DNA from: Thermodesulfobacteriota bacterium
Lineage (GTDB): Bacteria > Desulfobacterota_D > UBA1144 > Nemesobacterales > Mycalebacteriaceae
Length of the DNA: 64,000 nt
Assembly: GCA_965198945.1 (NCBI GenBank)
Contig: CBDAQI010000001.1
Location: 320,001 to 384,000 of the forward strand
Direction of reading: 5' to 3'
The notes under the pieces are model-generated. The model worked only from the letters and a program-made list of their open reading frames with translations. It made no database searches and was not told the origin of the DNA. The position numbers were made by a program, and so were the translations under genes. This document shows, piece after piece, positions 46,916 to 56,361 of this stretch (the stretch's first letter is position 1; each line of letters starts with the position of its first letter).

Positions 46916-48449
46916 TTCGGCATCTCAATTTTAGACAAATTCTTTTTAATACGCCGGTTGAGGCGGTCTTGCTCTTTCAACTGTTCTTCAAACTCCGCTT
47001 TTAATTCCGCAAACCGTTTTTCAAAATCAAAATCATCTTCAATTTCCGCAAGACCCACATACCGCCCCGGGACTCAACACATAGTCCAATTCTCTGATTT
47101 TCTCCGTTTTAACCGAAGCACAGAACCCCGGAATGTCCTTATATTTTCCGTCCGTTTTGCGCCACCCGTGGTAAGTGTTCGCAATTTTTGCTATGTCCTC
47201 ACCGGAAAACTCCCTTGTGCGGCGATTGATTAAATGCCCGAGTTCCTTTGCGTCTATGAACAGAATTTCACCTTTGCGGCTGCGGTCGCCGTTGTAGCCG
47301 TGCCGCTTGTTTGAAATGAACCACAAACACGCGGGAATCTGAGTATTCAGAAAAAGTTTCGCGGGCAGATTGACGATGCAGTCAACAATTCCGGCGTCAA
47401 CTATGTTCTTGCGGATTACATCCTCATTTGACGATTTTGAAGTCAGCGAGCCCTTTGACAGCACAAAACCGGCAAACCCTTTTGGCGAAAGGTGATGTAT
47501 AAAATGCTGAACCCAAGCGAAATTGGCATTGCCGCCCGGAGGATCTCCGTATTTCCATCTGCCGTCACCCTGCAACTGTTTTCCACTCCAGTCGCTGTCA
47601 TTGAAAGGCGGATTTGCGAGAATAAAATCCGCCTTTCAGGTCCGGGTGAGCATCATGTAGAAATGAACTTTCGTTGTTCCATTTCACCTGCGAGCCGTCT
47701 ATGTTGCGAATTGCAAGATTCATCCGGCAGAGCCGGTAGGTTGTCTGATTGCTTTCCTGTCCGTAAATGGAAATGTCGTTGATTTTTCCCCGGTGGGATT
47801 TAATAAATTTCTCGCTTGACACAAACATTCCGCCGCTGCCGCAGCATGGGTCAAAAACCCTGCCTTTATAAGTCTCTATCATTTCAACAAGCAGGTTGAC
47901 TATGGAAGCCGGAGTATAGAACTGACCGCCTTTTTTGCCTTCGGCAAGGGCGAACTCTCCGAGAAAATACTCGTAAACTCTGCCGAGAACATCCTTTGAT
48001 TTCGCGGCGTCATCACCGAGCGCAATGTTGCTGAACAGATCAATTAAACCTCCGAGCGCTGAAGACGAAACATTGGGCCTTGAAAATGCCTTGGGCAAAA
48101 TCCCTTTTAGGGTTTTGTTTTCACTCTCTATTGACTCCATCGCCTTGTCCAGAATGCCGCCTATGTCAATCTGCTTTGCCTGAGACTGAAGGTAAATCCA
48201 CCTTGCTTTTTTCGGAACCCAGAAAACATTTTCCGCCCGGTATTCATCCGGATCCTCAGGGTCGGCGTATTCTTCGCTTTCCAACTGTTTTTTACGCGCT
48301 TCAAAAGAGTCCGATATATATTTGAGAAATAACAGGCCGAGCGCGACATGCTTGTATTCCGCCGCGTCTATGTTTTTGCGGAGCTTGTCCGCCGCGGCGA
48401 AAAGTTTGCGCTCAAGGTTTAAGGATTCAGTTTCTTTGCCTTCAGTCAT
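46912..48449 (-). pseudogene. hsdM: Type I restriction-modification methyltransferase subunit M, two +1 frameshifts
   Basis: GQFYTP, DPCCGSGG, YGQE; NPPF restored by removing one base at 47632-47636; second break at C4 47065-47068 (PGRYVG). Confidence 0.93.
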
Positions 48450-48529
48450 TCTTTTTATTCTAACTCCGAAAAGCTTTCTGTTTCAAATACTCCTCTCCGT
48501 CCGTATAACCAAGAAGTATGAAATCAAAA

Positions 48530-49426
48530 TTATTTCATTGACCTATACTTATAACCTTCTCCAATCTTCCAAATACCTCTTTCCCGAAAAGCCGGTATTG
48601 TCTGGCGGCGGGCGGCGTTTGTAGCAGAGGGTGCCGAAAGTTTCCGTTTTTTTATGTAATCCGACAGGCGGACGATTTTTTCGCCTTTCAAATAGGCTAT
48701 CCGTTTGTACAGGGATTCCAGCAAGGCAATGTATAAAATCCTTTCCATGGTTTTTGTTTTTTGAGTTTCTCCGTATTCGGCAAAAGCCTGATAATAGGTT
48801 TGCTTTTCACTGTTGCGAATTATTATTCGCGGAAAACCCAACGCCAATAATTGAAAATTTATAATTACGCGTCCGATTCGTCCGTTGCCGTCGCAAAACG
48901 GATGGATCGTTTCAAAATCCAGATGGAACCGTGCAATTTTATCCAGAAAATAACCTTCCATATCGTTTGAGTGGGAAACCAGAATTTCATTGATCATTTT
49001 TTCAATATGCTCCGGTGCGGGCGCAATGTGGTAACCGACTCTCACAAATTCACCCTCCCGCCGGAAATGCCCGGCTATTGAGTCGTCAATTCCACCCATG
49101 AGCATATTGTGCAGAAAAAGTATCAGTTCTTCGGTCAGAGGAGTGTTCGCAGCTTTGCCGCGCTTGTATGAAATTACACGCGCCAGATTTTTGGCCTCAA
49201 AGATTTCCCTTACGGACACATTGCGGGAGATTTCCATTTCCAGCAAAATCTTCTCAGTTTCATTGAGCGTCAGTGTGGAATTCTCTATCGCATTTGAGTT
49301 ATAGACATTCTCCGGCGCCTCCGCTTCATCAATCAGGGTTAAAAGAGACTCTCTGCCATCTTTCAGAGAATCGTATTCTTCACGCAACAACTGGATTCTT
49401 CTTCTGGCCGGTTTGGATATTGCCAC
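48530..49426 (-). CDS. Fic-domain protein with short C-terminal putative DNA-binding domain
   Basis: SNAIEN, HPFCDGNGRIGR Fic motif; GTG start at 49426 inferred from promoter geometry. Confidence 0.92.
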   Translation of the reverse strand: MAISKPARRRIQLLREEYDSLKDGRESLLTLIDEAEAPENVYNSNAIENSTLTLNETEKILLEMEISRNVSVREIFEAKNLARVISYKRGKAANTPLTEELILFLHNMLMGGIDDSIAGHFRREGEFVRVGYHIAPAPEHIEKMINEILVSHSNDMEGYFLDKIARFHLDFETIHPFCDGNGRIGRVIINFQLLALGFPRIIIRNSEKQTYYQAFAEYGETQKTKTMERILYIALLESLYKRIAYLKGEKIVRLSDYIKKRKLSAPSATNAARRQTIPAFRERGIWKIGEGYKYRSMK

Positions 49427-49432
49427 GATTAT

Positions 49433-49524
49433 ATTATATAAATTCACGCTAAAATGTCAAAAAAGCGTGAATACAACTCTTCAAATACGATTCATTCACG
49501 CAAAAAAGCTAACAAAGCGTGAAT
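49433..49524 (-). promoter_or_regulatory. Consensus sigma70 promoter with two ATTCACGC-N15-GCGTGAAT palindromic sites
   Basis: Minus strand TTGACA (49460-49455)-N16-TATAAT (49438-49433); palindromes at 49442-49472 and 49494-49524. Confidence 0.8.
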
Positions 49525-49527
49525 GTA

Positions 49528-49893
49528 TTATAAGCTTCTTGCCATCCACATTCCCACAAAGCACGCAATCAGACACAGAGCGACCGACAGGGTTATGTTC
49601 AAAGTCGCTTTGCTGAAACTTCCGCTCTGCATGATCTTGAGTGTTTCAAGCGAAAACGCTGAAAAGGTTGTAAATCCGCCGAGCAAACCCGTCATCAGGA
49701 ACAGACGCAGAGCGGAATCATCGGGACGATTGTGGAAATACGCGAAAATCAAACCGATAAGCAGTGAGCCTATTATGTTTACTCCGAGAGTTCCGACCGG
49801 AAAATTCGGAAACACAATCAGCCGGAACAATATGTATCGGAGCCCTGAACCGATCGCTCCGCCTGTTATTACAAAAATTAAATTCCAAATCAT
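49528..49893 (-). CDS. crcB: Fluoride efflux channel CrcB/FluC
   Basis: GGAIGS.LRY, FPVGTL.VN..GS, TGLLGGFTTFSAF. Confidence 0.95.
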   Translation of the reverse strand: MIWNLIFVITGGAIGSGLRYILFRLIVFPNFPVGTLGVNIIGSLLIGLIFAYFHNRPDDSALRLFLMTGLLGGFTTFSAFSLETLKIMQSGSFSKATLNITLSVALCLIACFVGMWMARSL

Positions 49894-49920
49894 TATAAAA
49901 TCCCGTTTTTTATTTGCCGT

Positions 49921-51097
49921 CTATAAAATCTCCGCTTTTTCCGCCTCAATAATTTCCGGATACGGATTTTCCGTTTTTCCGGTTTGAATAAAAATTAAAT
50001 CCGCACCTTTTCCCTTTTCAATGCTCCCGATTTTGTCTTCAAGAAAAAGCGCTCTCGCGCCGCCGAGGGTTGAAATATAAACCACTTTTTCAGACGCTTT
50101 TTGATTTCCCAGGGGAAGCAGTAGCTTGTAAAGAGCTTTTTATTTCATCAAAAAAATTGAGTGTTCTGTTGCTTGAAAGTCCGTCGGTGCCGAGACCCAC
50201 TCTTTTGAGGTTCGCATATTCCAAAACCGGAGCTGTTCCCGTTTTCAAAAAATCGTTGCTTCTCGGACATAAAACTATTCCGATATTCTTGCCGTCTATT
50301 TGTGCAATCTCGCTCTTATTTACATGTGACATATGGACGCAGGTAATTTTTGCCGTGCCGTCACAGATTTCCGAAAGATATTTGAAAGGAGTCTCCGCCT
50401 TGTGCCTGCTCATATTGGTTTTTCCTATCATCGGATATATGGTTTCCTCAATTCCGTTTTTCTCACCTCTTACAAAAGCAGTTTCTTCGGGACTTTCCGC
50501 AAGATGAATTCCCGCGGGCGTACCGGTTTGGGCTGAGATTTCAAAGGATTTTTTTATGAGTTCGGGAGAGCATGAATAAGGTGAGTGCGGAAAAAGCCTT
50601 TCTTCAAAACGTTCTGATTTTTCCGGTTCGGGGCTCAGCAGGGGTCTGCTGTCCATAATTTCACGGAAAAGAACCGTTCTAATCGGGCTGTTTTTTAATA
50701 TATCCGCGTCATTTCCGTAAGAGGAGATTTCACCAACGGTTGTTACGCCGCTTTTTATTAAATTTTTAATACCGTCTTTTACGGAACGCTCTATTTCAGC
50801 CGTACCCGTTCCCGAGTATTTTGCGCCCACTATGTATTTGAGCCAACCGGTGAAATTTTTGAACTCTTTTCCGGGTTTGAGCCAACCCAGTTCAAGGTGT
50901 GTGTGGCAGTTTATAAATCCGGGCAGAACGGCTCCGCATCCTAAATCTCTGACTTTGAAGCGCGGAAAACGGTTTTTTATTTCCGCCTCGCGTCCGACCG
51001 CTTTTATTTTTCCGCCGCCAACTGCGACGGCGCCATTTTTTATCGGAGCGGATGAAACCGGGATAATATTTGAGCAGACAATAATTTCGCCGTTCAT
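49921..51097 (-). pseudogene. Amidohydrolase family protein, +1 frameshift at 50137-50141
   Basis: PGFINCHTHLE, PHSPYS, HLAES, CPRSN, LGTDG; continues STLGGARAL...GSIEKGKGAD in another frame. Confidence 0.85.
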
Positions 51098-51105
51098 TGC
51101 TTTAT

Positions 51106-51978
51106 TTAGAGGCGGGCGAGTCTGCTCAGCATATCGTCGCTTATGGTTCCCGAAGCGATTTCTTCTGCGGGTCCCGTCATCCGTATTTCAAAGTCTTCGG
51201 ACACCTCTATTTCAAGTTCTCCTCCGGGCATGGCCACGGTCAGGCAGTTTTCGCACAGTCCGTTTTTTACCGCCGCCGCCGCCGCCGCACATGAGCTTGA
51301 GCCCGATGCGAAAGTGTATCCGGCTCCGCGCTCCCATATAAAAATTTCAAGCCGGTTTTTTGCCGCCACACGCGCAAATTGAACGTTTGTTCTGTTGGGG
51401 AAAAAAATGTGGTTTTCAAGCAGAGGGCCGAGAAGTTTTGTTTCTTCCTCGCAAGGATTTTCCGTAAAAATAACACAATGCGGATTTCCAACCGATACGG
51501 CCGTGAATTTAAGATGTTCTCCGTTCACTTCCACCGACTTGCAAACAACATCTCCGGAGAAATTTCCCAAGACCGGGATTTCCGCCGCATCAAAAACGGC
51601 ATGCCCCATATCAACGGTTATCATTGAACCCTCGCCATTTTTCTGCCGGATGTCCGCCCTGACTATTCCGCCCGGAGTTTCTACGGAAAAACTTTTTGAT
51701 TCCGTATAACCATAGTCGCGGAGAAATTTGGCAAAAATGCGGAGTCCGTTTCCGCTTTTTTCCGCTTCACTGCCGTCCGGGTTGAATATTCTCAGACCAA
51801 AATCCGCTTTTTCCGATCCGGTGAGAAGAAGAACTCCGTCAGATCCTATGCCAAGATTACGGTTGCATATCAGTTTGATCGCTTCGGGGGTGAGTTTGAA
51901 GGAAAGTGATTTTTCCTCGAAAACCGCGTAGTCATTTCCGAGGCCGTGAGATTTGACAAAAAAATCCGTCCGGCTCAT
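51106..51978 (-). CDS. dapF: Diaminopimelate epimerase
   Basis: KSHGLGNDY, GIGSDG, NPDGSEAEKSGNG, VGNPH, WERGAG. Confidence 0.93.
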   Translation of the reverse strand: MSRTDFFVKSHGLGNDYAVFEEKSLSFKLTPEAIKLICNRNLGIGSDGVLLLTGSEKADFGLRIFNPDGSEAEKSGNGLRIFAKFLRDYGYTESKSFSVETPGGIVRADIRQKNGEGSMITVDMGHAVFDAAEIPVLGNFSGDVVCKSVEVNGEHLKFTAVSVGNPHCVIFTENPCEEETKLLGPLLENHIFFPNRTNVQFARVAAKNRLEIFIWERGAGYTFASGSSSCAAAAAAVKNGLCENCLTVAMPGGELEIEVSEDFEIRMTGPAEEIASGTISDDMLSRLARL

Positions 51979-52025
51979 ATCAGACGGCCGCATTTGAGAA
52001 ATTGATTTTTCCCCCGGGGAAAAAG

Positions 52026-52229
52026 TCAACCTTCAAGAATGAAGGTTATTTTTACATGCGCCCTGTATTCGGCAATTTTGCCGTTTTTTATCTGGGCGTT
52101 CATTTTTGTGACTTCAATGCCCGTGAGACCTCTGAGGGTTTTATTCGCTCTTTTAAGGGCCTCTTTGACCGCATCGTCCCACGATTTTTCCGAAGAACCT
52201 ATTACTTCCGTTACACGCGCTACCGCCAT
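52026..52229 (-). CDS. Dodecin-family protein
   Basis: EVIGSSEKSWDDAV..A..RA.KTLRG...I.EYR...KITF; GGAGG SD. Confidence 0.92.
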   Translation of the reverse strand: MAVARVTEVIGSSEKSWDDAVKEALKRANKTLRGLTGIEVTKMNAQIKNGKIAEYRAHVKITFILEG

Positions 52230-52371
52230 GACAATTACCTCCCGAATTGAATATTAAAATTATAATAAGTAATAAGTTCCGTCTTTTCAATTTTCCGTAA
52301 TTTGACAAACCCGGATGTGTAAATAGATTATTGTTTTTCGCGATTAAAGCAAGGCGAGGAGGAATTATTTT

Positions 52372-53133
52372 ATGTTGGAAAAAATGTATGACATTGAAGG
52401 TCAGGTTGCCGTTGTTACGGGCGGCTCAAGAGGGATAGGTAGGGCAATATCTCTTGCTCTTGCCGAGGCAGGAGCGGACATTCTGCTCAACTATGCAAGA
52501 AGCGACAAAGCGGCGGACGATGTAAAAAATGAAATTGAGGCTCTGGGCAGAAAATGTGTGACCGTGAGAGCCGATGTGGGCAATTTTGAACAGGCTCAGA
52601 TGGTCGGCAAAGCGGCGGCGAACCATTTCGGCAAGGTTGATATTCTTGTCAACAACGCCGGAGTTAACAGAGACAGAATGCTCAAGAGGATGACTCTTGA
52701 ACAGTGGAATGAGGTTATTCAGACAAACCTTTCAAGTGTTTTCAACTGCACAAAAGCGGTTCTGGACAGTCTTCTCGCAAATGAGAACGGCGGCTCAATC
52801 GTTTCAATTTCCTCAATAATCGGAGAGATGGGCAACATCGGGCAGGCGAACTACGCTTCAACCAAAGCCGGGATAACCGGTTTCACAAAAAGCATGGCGC
52901 GCGAGCTTTCAAGGAACAGACTCAGAGTTAACGCCGTGGCTCCCGGTTTTGTTGAGACCGACATGCTGATGACAGTTCCCGAAGACATAAGGAACACCAT
53001 TCTGAAAGACATACCGCTCGGAAGATTCGGTTCAGCCGAAGAGGTTGCCCTTGCTGTTGTATATCTGTGTTCCTCAGCCGGAAGCTGGGTTACGGGGACA
53101 ACTCTCAGGATTAACGGCGGCCATTACATTTAA
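52372..53133 (+). CDS. 3-oxoacyl-ACP / acetoacetyl-CoA reductase (FabG/PhaB-like SDR)
   Basis: TGGSRGIG, NNAG..RD, GQANYASTKAG, APGF..TDM, INGG. Confidence 0.9.
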   Translation: MLEKMYDIEGQVAVVTGGSRGIGRAISLALAEAGADILLNYARSDKAADDVKNEIEALGRKCVTVRADVGNFEQAQMVGKAAANHFGKVDILVNNAGVNRDRMLKRMTLEQWNEVIQTNLSSVFNCTKAVLDSLLANENGGSIVSISSIIGEMGNIGQANYASTKAGITGFTKSMARELSRNRLRVNAVAPGFVETDMLMTVPEDIRNTILKDIPLGRFGSAEEVALAVVYLCSSAGSWVTGTTLRINGGHYI

Positions 53134-53237
53134 CTTCAGTTTTCTTCCGGCGCACACCGGAGGTAAGGCGTAATACATAAAAGAACGGACCGGGGTGAGA
53201 CTTTTTCTCCCCCCCTCCCGTTTTTAACCAAGCTATG

Positions 53238-54044
53238 CTATCCGGGAATCAGGTAGTAACTTGCAAAAAATACCGCCGCAATGGCGATAAACCCCGCAAT
53301 TGCTCCGACAGACGATTTTTTGCCTTTCCATCCGTAGGCGAATCTGCCGTTTATCAAAAAGGCGTATATAAGCCATGTCGCCACGGACAGAGTTTCTTTT
53401 ATTCCCCAAGACCAGTCAGTGCCCCATATCCGGCTTGCCGAGAAAAATCCCAGAGCAAGTCCCAGTGTTGCGAGCGGAAATCCGCAAAGCAGTGATATGT
53501 GCTGAATTCTGTCCAGCCCCGTTATCGGTAGCAGGGAGTTGTCTCTATTTTTTGAAAGCGTTCCCTTCCTGATTCGTCTTTCCCTGAAAAGATAAAGCGA
53601 CGCGGAAACAAAAGCCACGAAAAAAAACGCCTGTCCGAGAAGAATCAGCGCTATGTGGGTCTGGATTATCGGCTCCGGAAAAAGAGAGTTGTCACCGCCC
53701 GCGGCCGGAATTAAAGCGGGTGCTGTCGCTGCAAACGCAAGTGTGAAAACAAACGCCCCGAGAGCGGATTTGCGTATTTTTTCTTCAATGGACAGAGACA
53801 AAAACACTGTCACGGTGAACCATGAGAATAGAAAAAGTGATCTTGCGAGCCCTCCGGCAAGAAGGTCGCCGGAAAAAAACAGAGATATGATTCTGACCGT
53901 TTGTGCGGCAAACCCGGCCACTCCGAGCGCAAACCCGGCTTTGCGCGCCCACCCGGGCCCCGCCCCCGATATAAACAGGATAAGAAAAGCGGAAGACACA
54001 AAATAAAGAAAGATTATAACAGTCTGCAGAGCCGTCCCCTCCAT
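53238..54044 (-). CDS. Cytochrome c assembly protein (CcsA-like)
   Basis: Multiple TM segments, HI.L, W...WSW..KE....TWLIY, GW.G.K motifs. Confidence 0.85.
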   Translation of the reverse strand: MEGTALQTVIIFLYFVSSAFLILFISGAGPGWARKAGFALGVAGFAAQTVRIISLFFSGDLLAGGLARSLFLFSWFTVTVFLSLSIEEKIRKSALGAFVFTLAFAATAPALIPAAGGDNSLFPEPIIQTHIALILLGQAFFFVAFVSASLYLFRERRIRKGTLSKNRDNSLLPITGLDRIQHISLLCGFPLATLGLALGFFSASRIWGTDWSWGIKETLSVATWLIYAFLINGRFAYGWKGKKSSVGAIAGFIAIAAVFFASYYLIPG

Positions 54045-54045
54045 T

Positions 54046-55116
54046 TCAGCGTTCCGCCGCTTCCCCGGTGAATTCACGCTCTCCGCTTTTCAGGGCCGAA
54101 ACAAGTTTTTCAATGCCGCCGTTCATCACCGCATCTATGTTTGAGAGTGTAAGACCTATTCTGTGATCCGTAACCCTTGACTGGGGAAAGTTGTAAGTTC
54201 TTATTTTTTCGCTTCTCCCGCCGCTTCCCAGTTGTTTTTTTCTTTCTCCCGCCCGCTCGTTCATCTGTTTTTCACTTTCCCTTTCATACAGTTTTGCTCT
54301 CAGCATCCTCATACTCTGTGTGCGGTTTTTATGTTGAGATCTTTCGCTTTGGCACTGAACGATTATCCCGGTCGGGATATGGGTTATGCGCACGGCGGAA
54401 TCGGTTTTGTTAACATGCTGCCCCCCAGGCCCCGACGCTTTATAGGTGTCAATTTTAATATTTTTTTCATCCACTTCCACCTCAACTCCCTCGGGTTCGG
54501 CAAGAACCGCCACGGTTGCCGTTGAGGTATGGATCCTTCCGCCCGTCTCGGTTGCGGGAACCCTTTGAACCCTGTGGACGCCGCTTTCGTGCTTCAGATG
54601 TTCAAAAACGTTTTTTCCCTCAATGCTCACAACCGCTTCTTTTATGCCGCCTATTTCGGTTTCGCTGATTCCTATCATGTTTATTTTCCACCCGTTTTTT
54701 TCGCAGTATTTGCAATACATGCCAAGCAGGTCGGCGGCAAAAAGAGCCGCTTCCCCGCCGCCGGTTCCGGGGCGGATTTCAAAAATGACGTTTTTGCCGT
54801 CTTTGGGGTCTTTCGGCGTCAGCAGCTCAACAATCCTGCTTTCACACTCGCCGCTTTCCCGTTCAAGATCTTCTATTTCAGAGCGGGCGAGTTCGGACAG
54901 TTCGGGATTGTTCAGCAGAGTGGAGTTTTCATCAATCCGGGCAAGTATTTCCCTGTAACGTCTGTAGAGGGAAACGGTTTCTGATATTTCTGATATTTCC
55001 CTTGAAAATTTCACGATTTCATCCGGACGTATTCCGGGCTCGGAAAGCTTCTTCTCGCCCAGTTCATACCTTGTTTCGGTTTCTTCAAGTGTTTTCAGTA
55101 TGGTTTCGTTCAACAT
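54046..55116 (-). CDS. prfA: Peptide chain release factor 1
   Basis: EIRPGTGGGEAALF, HRVQRVPATE (PxT motif), GGQHVNKTDSA, IRTYNFPQ. Confidence 0.97.
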   Translation of the reverse strand: MLNETILKTLEETETRYELGEKKLSEPGIRPDEIVKFSREISEISETVSLYRRYREILARIDENSTLLNNPELSELARSEIEDLERESGECESRIVELLTPKDPKDGKNVIFEIRPGTGGGEAALFAADLLGMYCKYCEKNGWKINMIGISETEIGGIKEAVVSIEGKNVFEHLKHESGVHRVQRVPATETGGRIHTSTATVAVLAEPEGVEVEVDEKNIKIDTYKASGPGGQHVNKTDSAVRITHIPTGIIVQCQSERSQHKNRTQSMRMLRAKLYERESEKQMNERAGERKKQLGSGGRSEKIRTYNFPQSRVTDHRIGLTLSNIDAVMNGGIEKLVSALKSGEREFTGEAAER

Positions 55117-55184
55117 TTCAGCCGGATTAGATTCACACACCTTGAACAAATTTCAAGAAAAGATTAAAATAAAGTGATCAGGTT

Positions 55185-55385
55185 ATGAATTCAGAGCTTG
55201 AAAACAGGATTCTTCAGTGTGTAAAGCATTTGGATGAATTTGAAGAAGATTATAAGAATCTTGTTTTTGAGGTCAGGGATTTGAAGAAGACCGTTGAGAG
55301 GCTTGAAACGGAAAGGCGTGAGTTAAAGCACAAAATAGAAGGCGTTGTTGAACGTGTGGAAAATCATATAAGGGTTAGAGCTTGA
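55185..55385 (+). CDS. ZapB-like coiled-coil protein
   Basis: 66-aa heptad-rich ORF directly upstream of the zapA-like gene. Confidence 0.65.
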   Translation: MNSELENRILQCVKHLDEFEEDYKNLVFEVRDLKKTVERLETERRELKHKIEGVVERVENHIRVRA

Positions 55386-55388
55386 TTT

Positions 55389-55751
55389 ATGGGTGATTCG
55401 GGAAGAGATGTTGAAGTTAAAATAGGAGCTTTCGGTTCCACTTATCTTGTTAAGGCGGCACCGGAGCATGAGGAGCGAATAAGAAGCGCGGCCGCGCTTC
55501 TGGAAAAAAAAGTGGAAGAGACTTCGGCTGATATTGAAAAACCCATGACAGAGCGCATTCCCATGCAGCTGTTTTACGCCGCTCTTGGCATAACCGACGA
55601 ATTACTTATGTTGAGGGAGCAAGTTGAAGACGAACAAAAATCAAAGGGGGAGCAATTCTCCCGACTTGAAAGGATTGTGGACAAATCTCTTAACTCCAGG
55701 TTCGTTAAACTCAAAATGGCATATGGAGCCGAGAGACGGGAAGACGACTAA
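55389..55751 (+). CDS. zapA: Cell division protein ZapA-like
   Basis: V.I..FG..Y.V.....EE.IR.AA, AAL.ITDELL; zapA-ygfA-rny synteny. Confidence 0.8.
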   Translation: MGDSGRDVEVKIGAFGSTYLVKAAPEHEERIRSAAALLEKKVEETSADIEKPMTERIPMQLFYAALGITDELLMLREQVEDEQKSKGEQFSRLERIVDKSLNSRFVKLKMAYGAERREDD

Positions 55752-56361
55752 AACGCTTCCGCCTATAAACTTTTCAAAATCTGAAATACGCCGCAGGTTT
55801 GCGGCTTTGAGAAAAGAGCGGGCCTCTTCCGTGCTTGCGGAGCTCAGTTTGCAGATTGTGGAAAACCTTTGCGGTTGCGAAATTTTTCTCAGTTCTCAAA
55901 AAATTGCTCTTTACTCACCGCGAAACGCCGAGGTTGACATTTTGCCGGTTTTGTCCCGCCTGAGGCGCTTTGGAAAGAGGGCGTTTTTCCCCAGAGTTTC
56001 CGGGGAGAATCTCAGGTTTCTTGAAGTGTCGGACTCAAGCGAGCTTGTGCCGGGCAGTTTTTCAATTCCCGAACCGCCCGAAGGTCCGGGCCGCGAAATA
56101 TCCGTCACAGAACTTGACCTTGTCGTGGCTCCGGGAATCTGTTTTGACAGGTTCGGCGTGAGGGTGGGTTACGGCGGAGGTTTTTATGACCGCGCCACCT
56201 CCGGGCTGCCCACGGAAAAAGTCTGCGGTGCGGCATATTCTTTCCAATTTGTTGATTTTGAGCTCCCGTTTGACTCAGGCGATGTACGGGTCGGCTCTGT
56301 AATAACCGAGCACGGAATTTTTCGTGCTCAAGAAAAAAGGATTGGTGAAAAAAATGATTAG
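55723..56361 (+). CDS. 5-formyltetrahydrofolate cyclo-ligase
   Basis: KSEIRR, EVD, FPRV, IPEP, DLVVAPG..FD..G.R.GYGGGFYDR; start uncertain. Confidence 0.92.
   Translation: MEPRDGKTTKTLPPINFSKSEIRRRFAALRKERASSVLAELSLQIVENLCGCEIFLSSQKIALYSPRNAEVDILPVLSRLRRFGKRAFFPRVSGENLRFLEVSDSSELVPGSFSIPEPPEGPGREISVTELDLVVAPGICFDRFGVRVGYGGGFYDRATSGLPTEKVCGAAYSFQFVDFELPFDSGDVRVGSVITEHGIFRAQEKRIGEKND

Noticed and set aside
38411..49528. Defence island as an integrative mobile element
   Set aside because: No integrase, transposase or flanking direct repeat found at the tyrS or crcB ends.
52026..52229. Dodecin as cargo of the capsid-like protein
   Set aside because: About 48 kb away with no targeting extension; nothing in the sequence links them.
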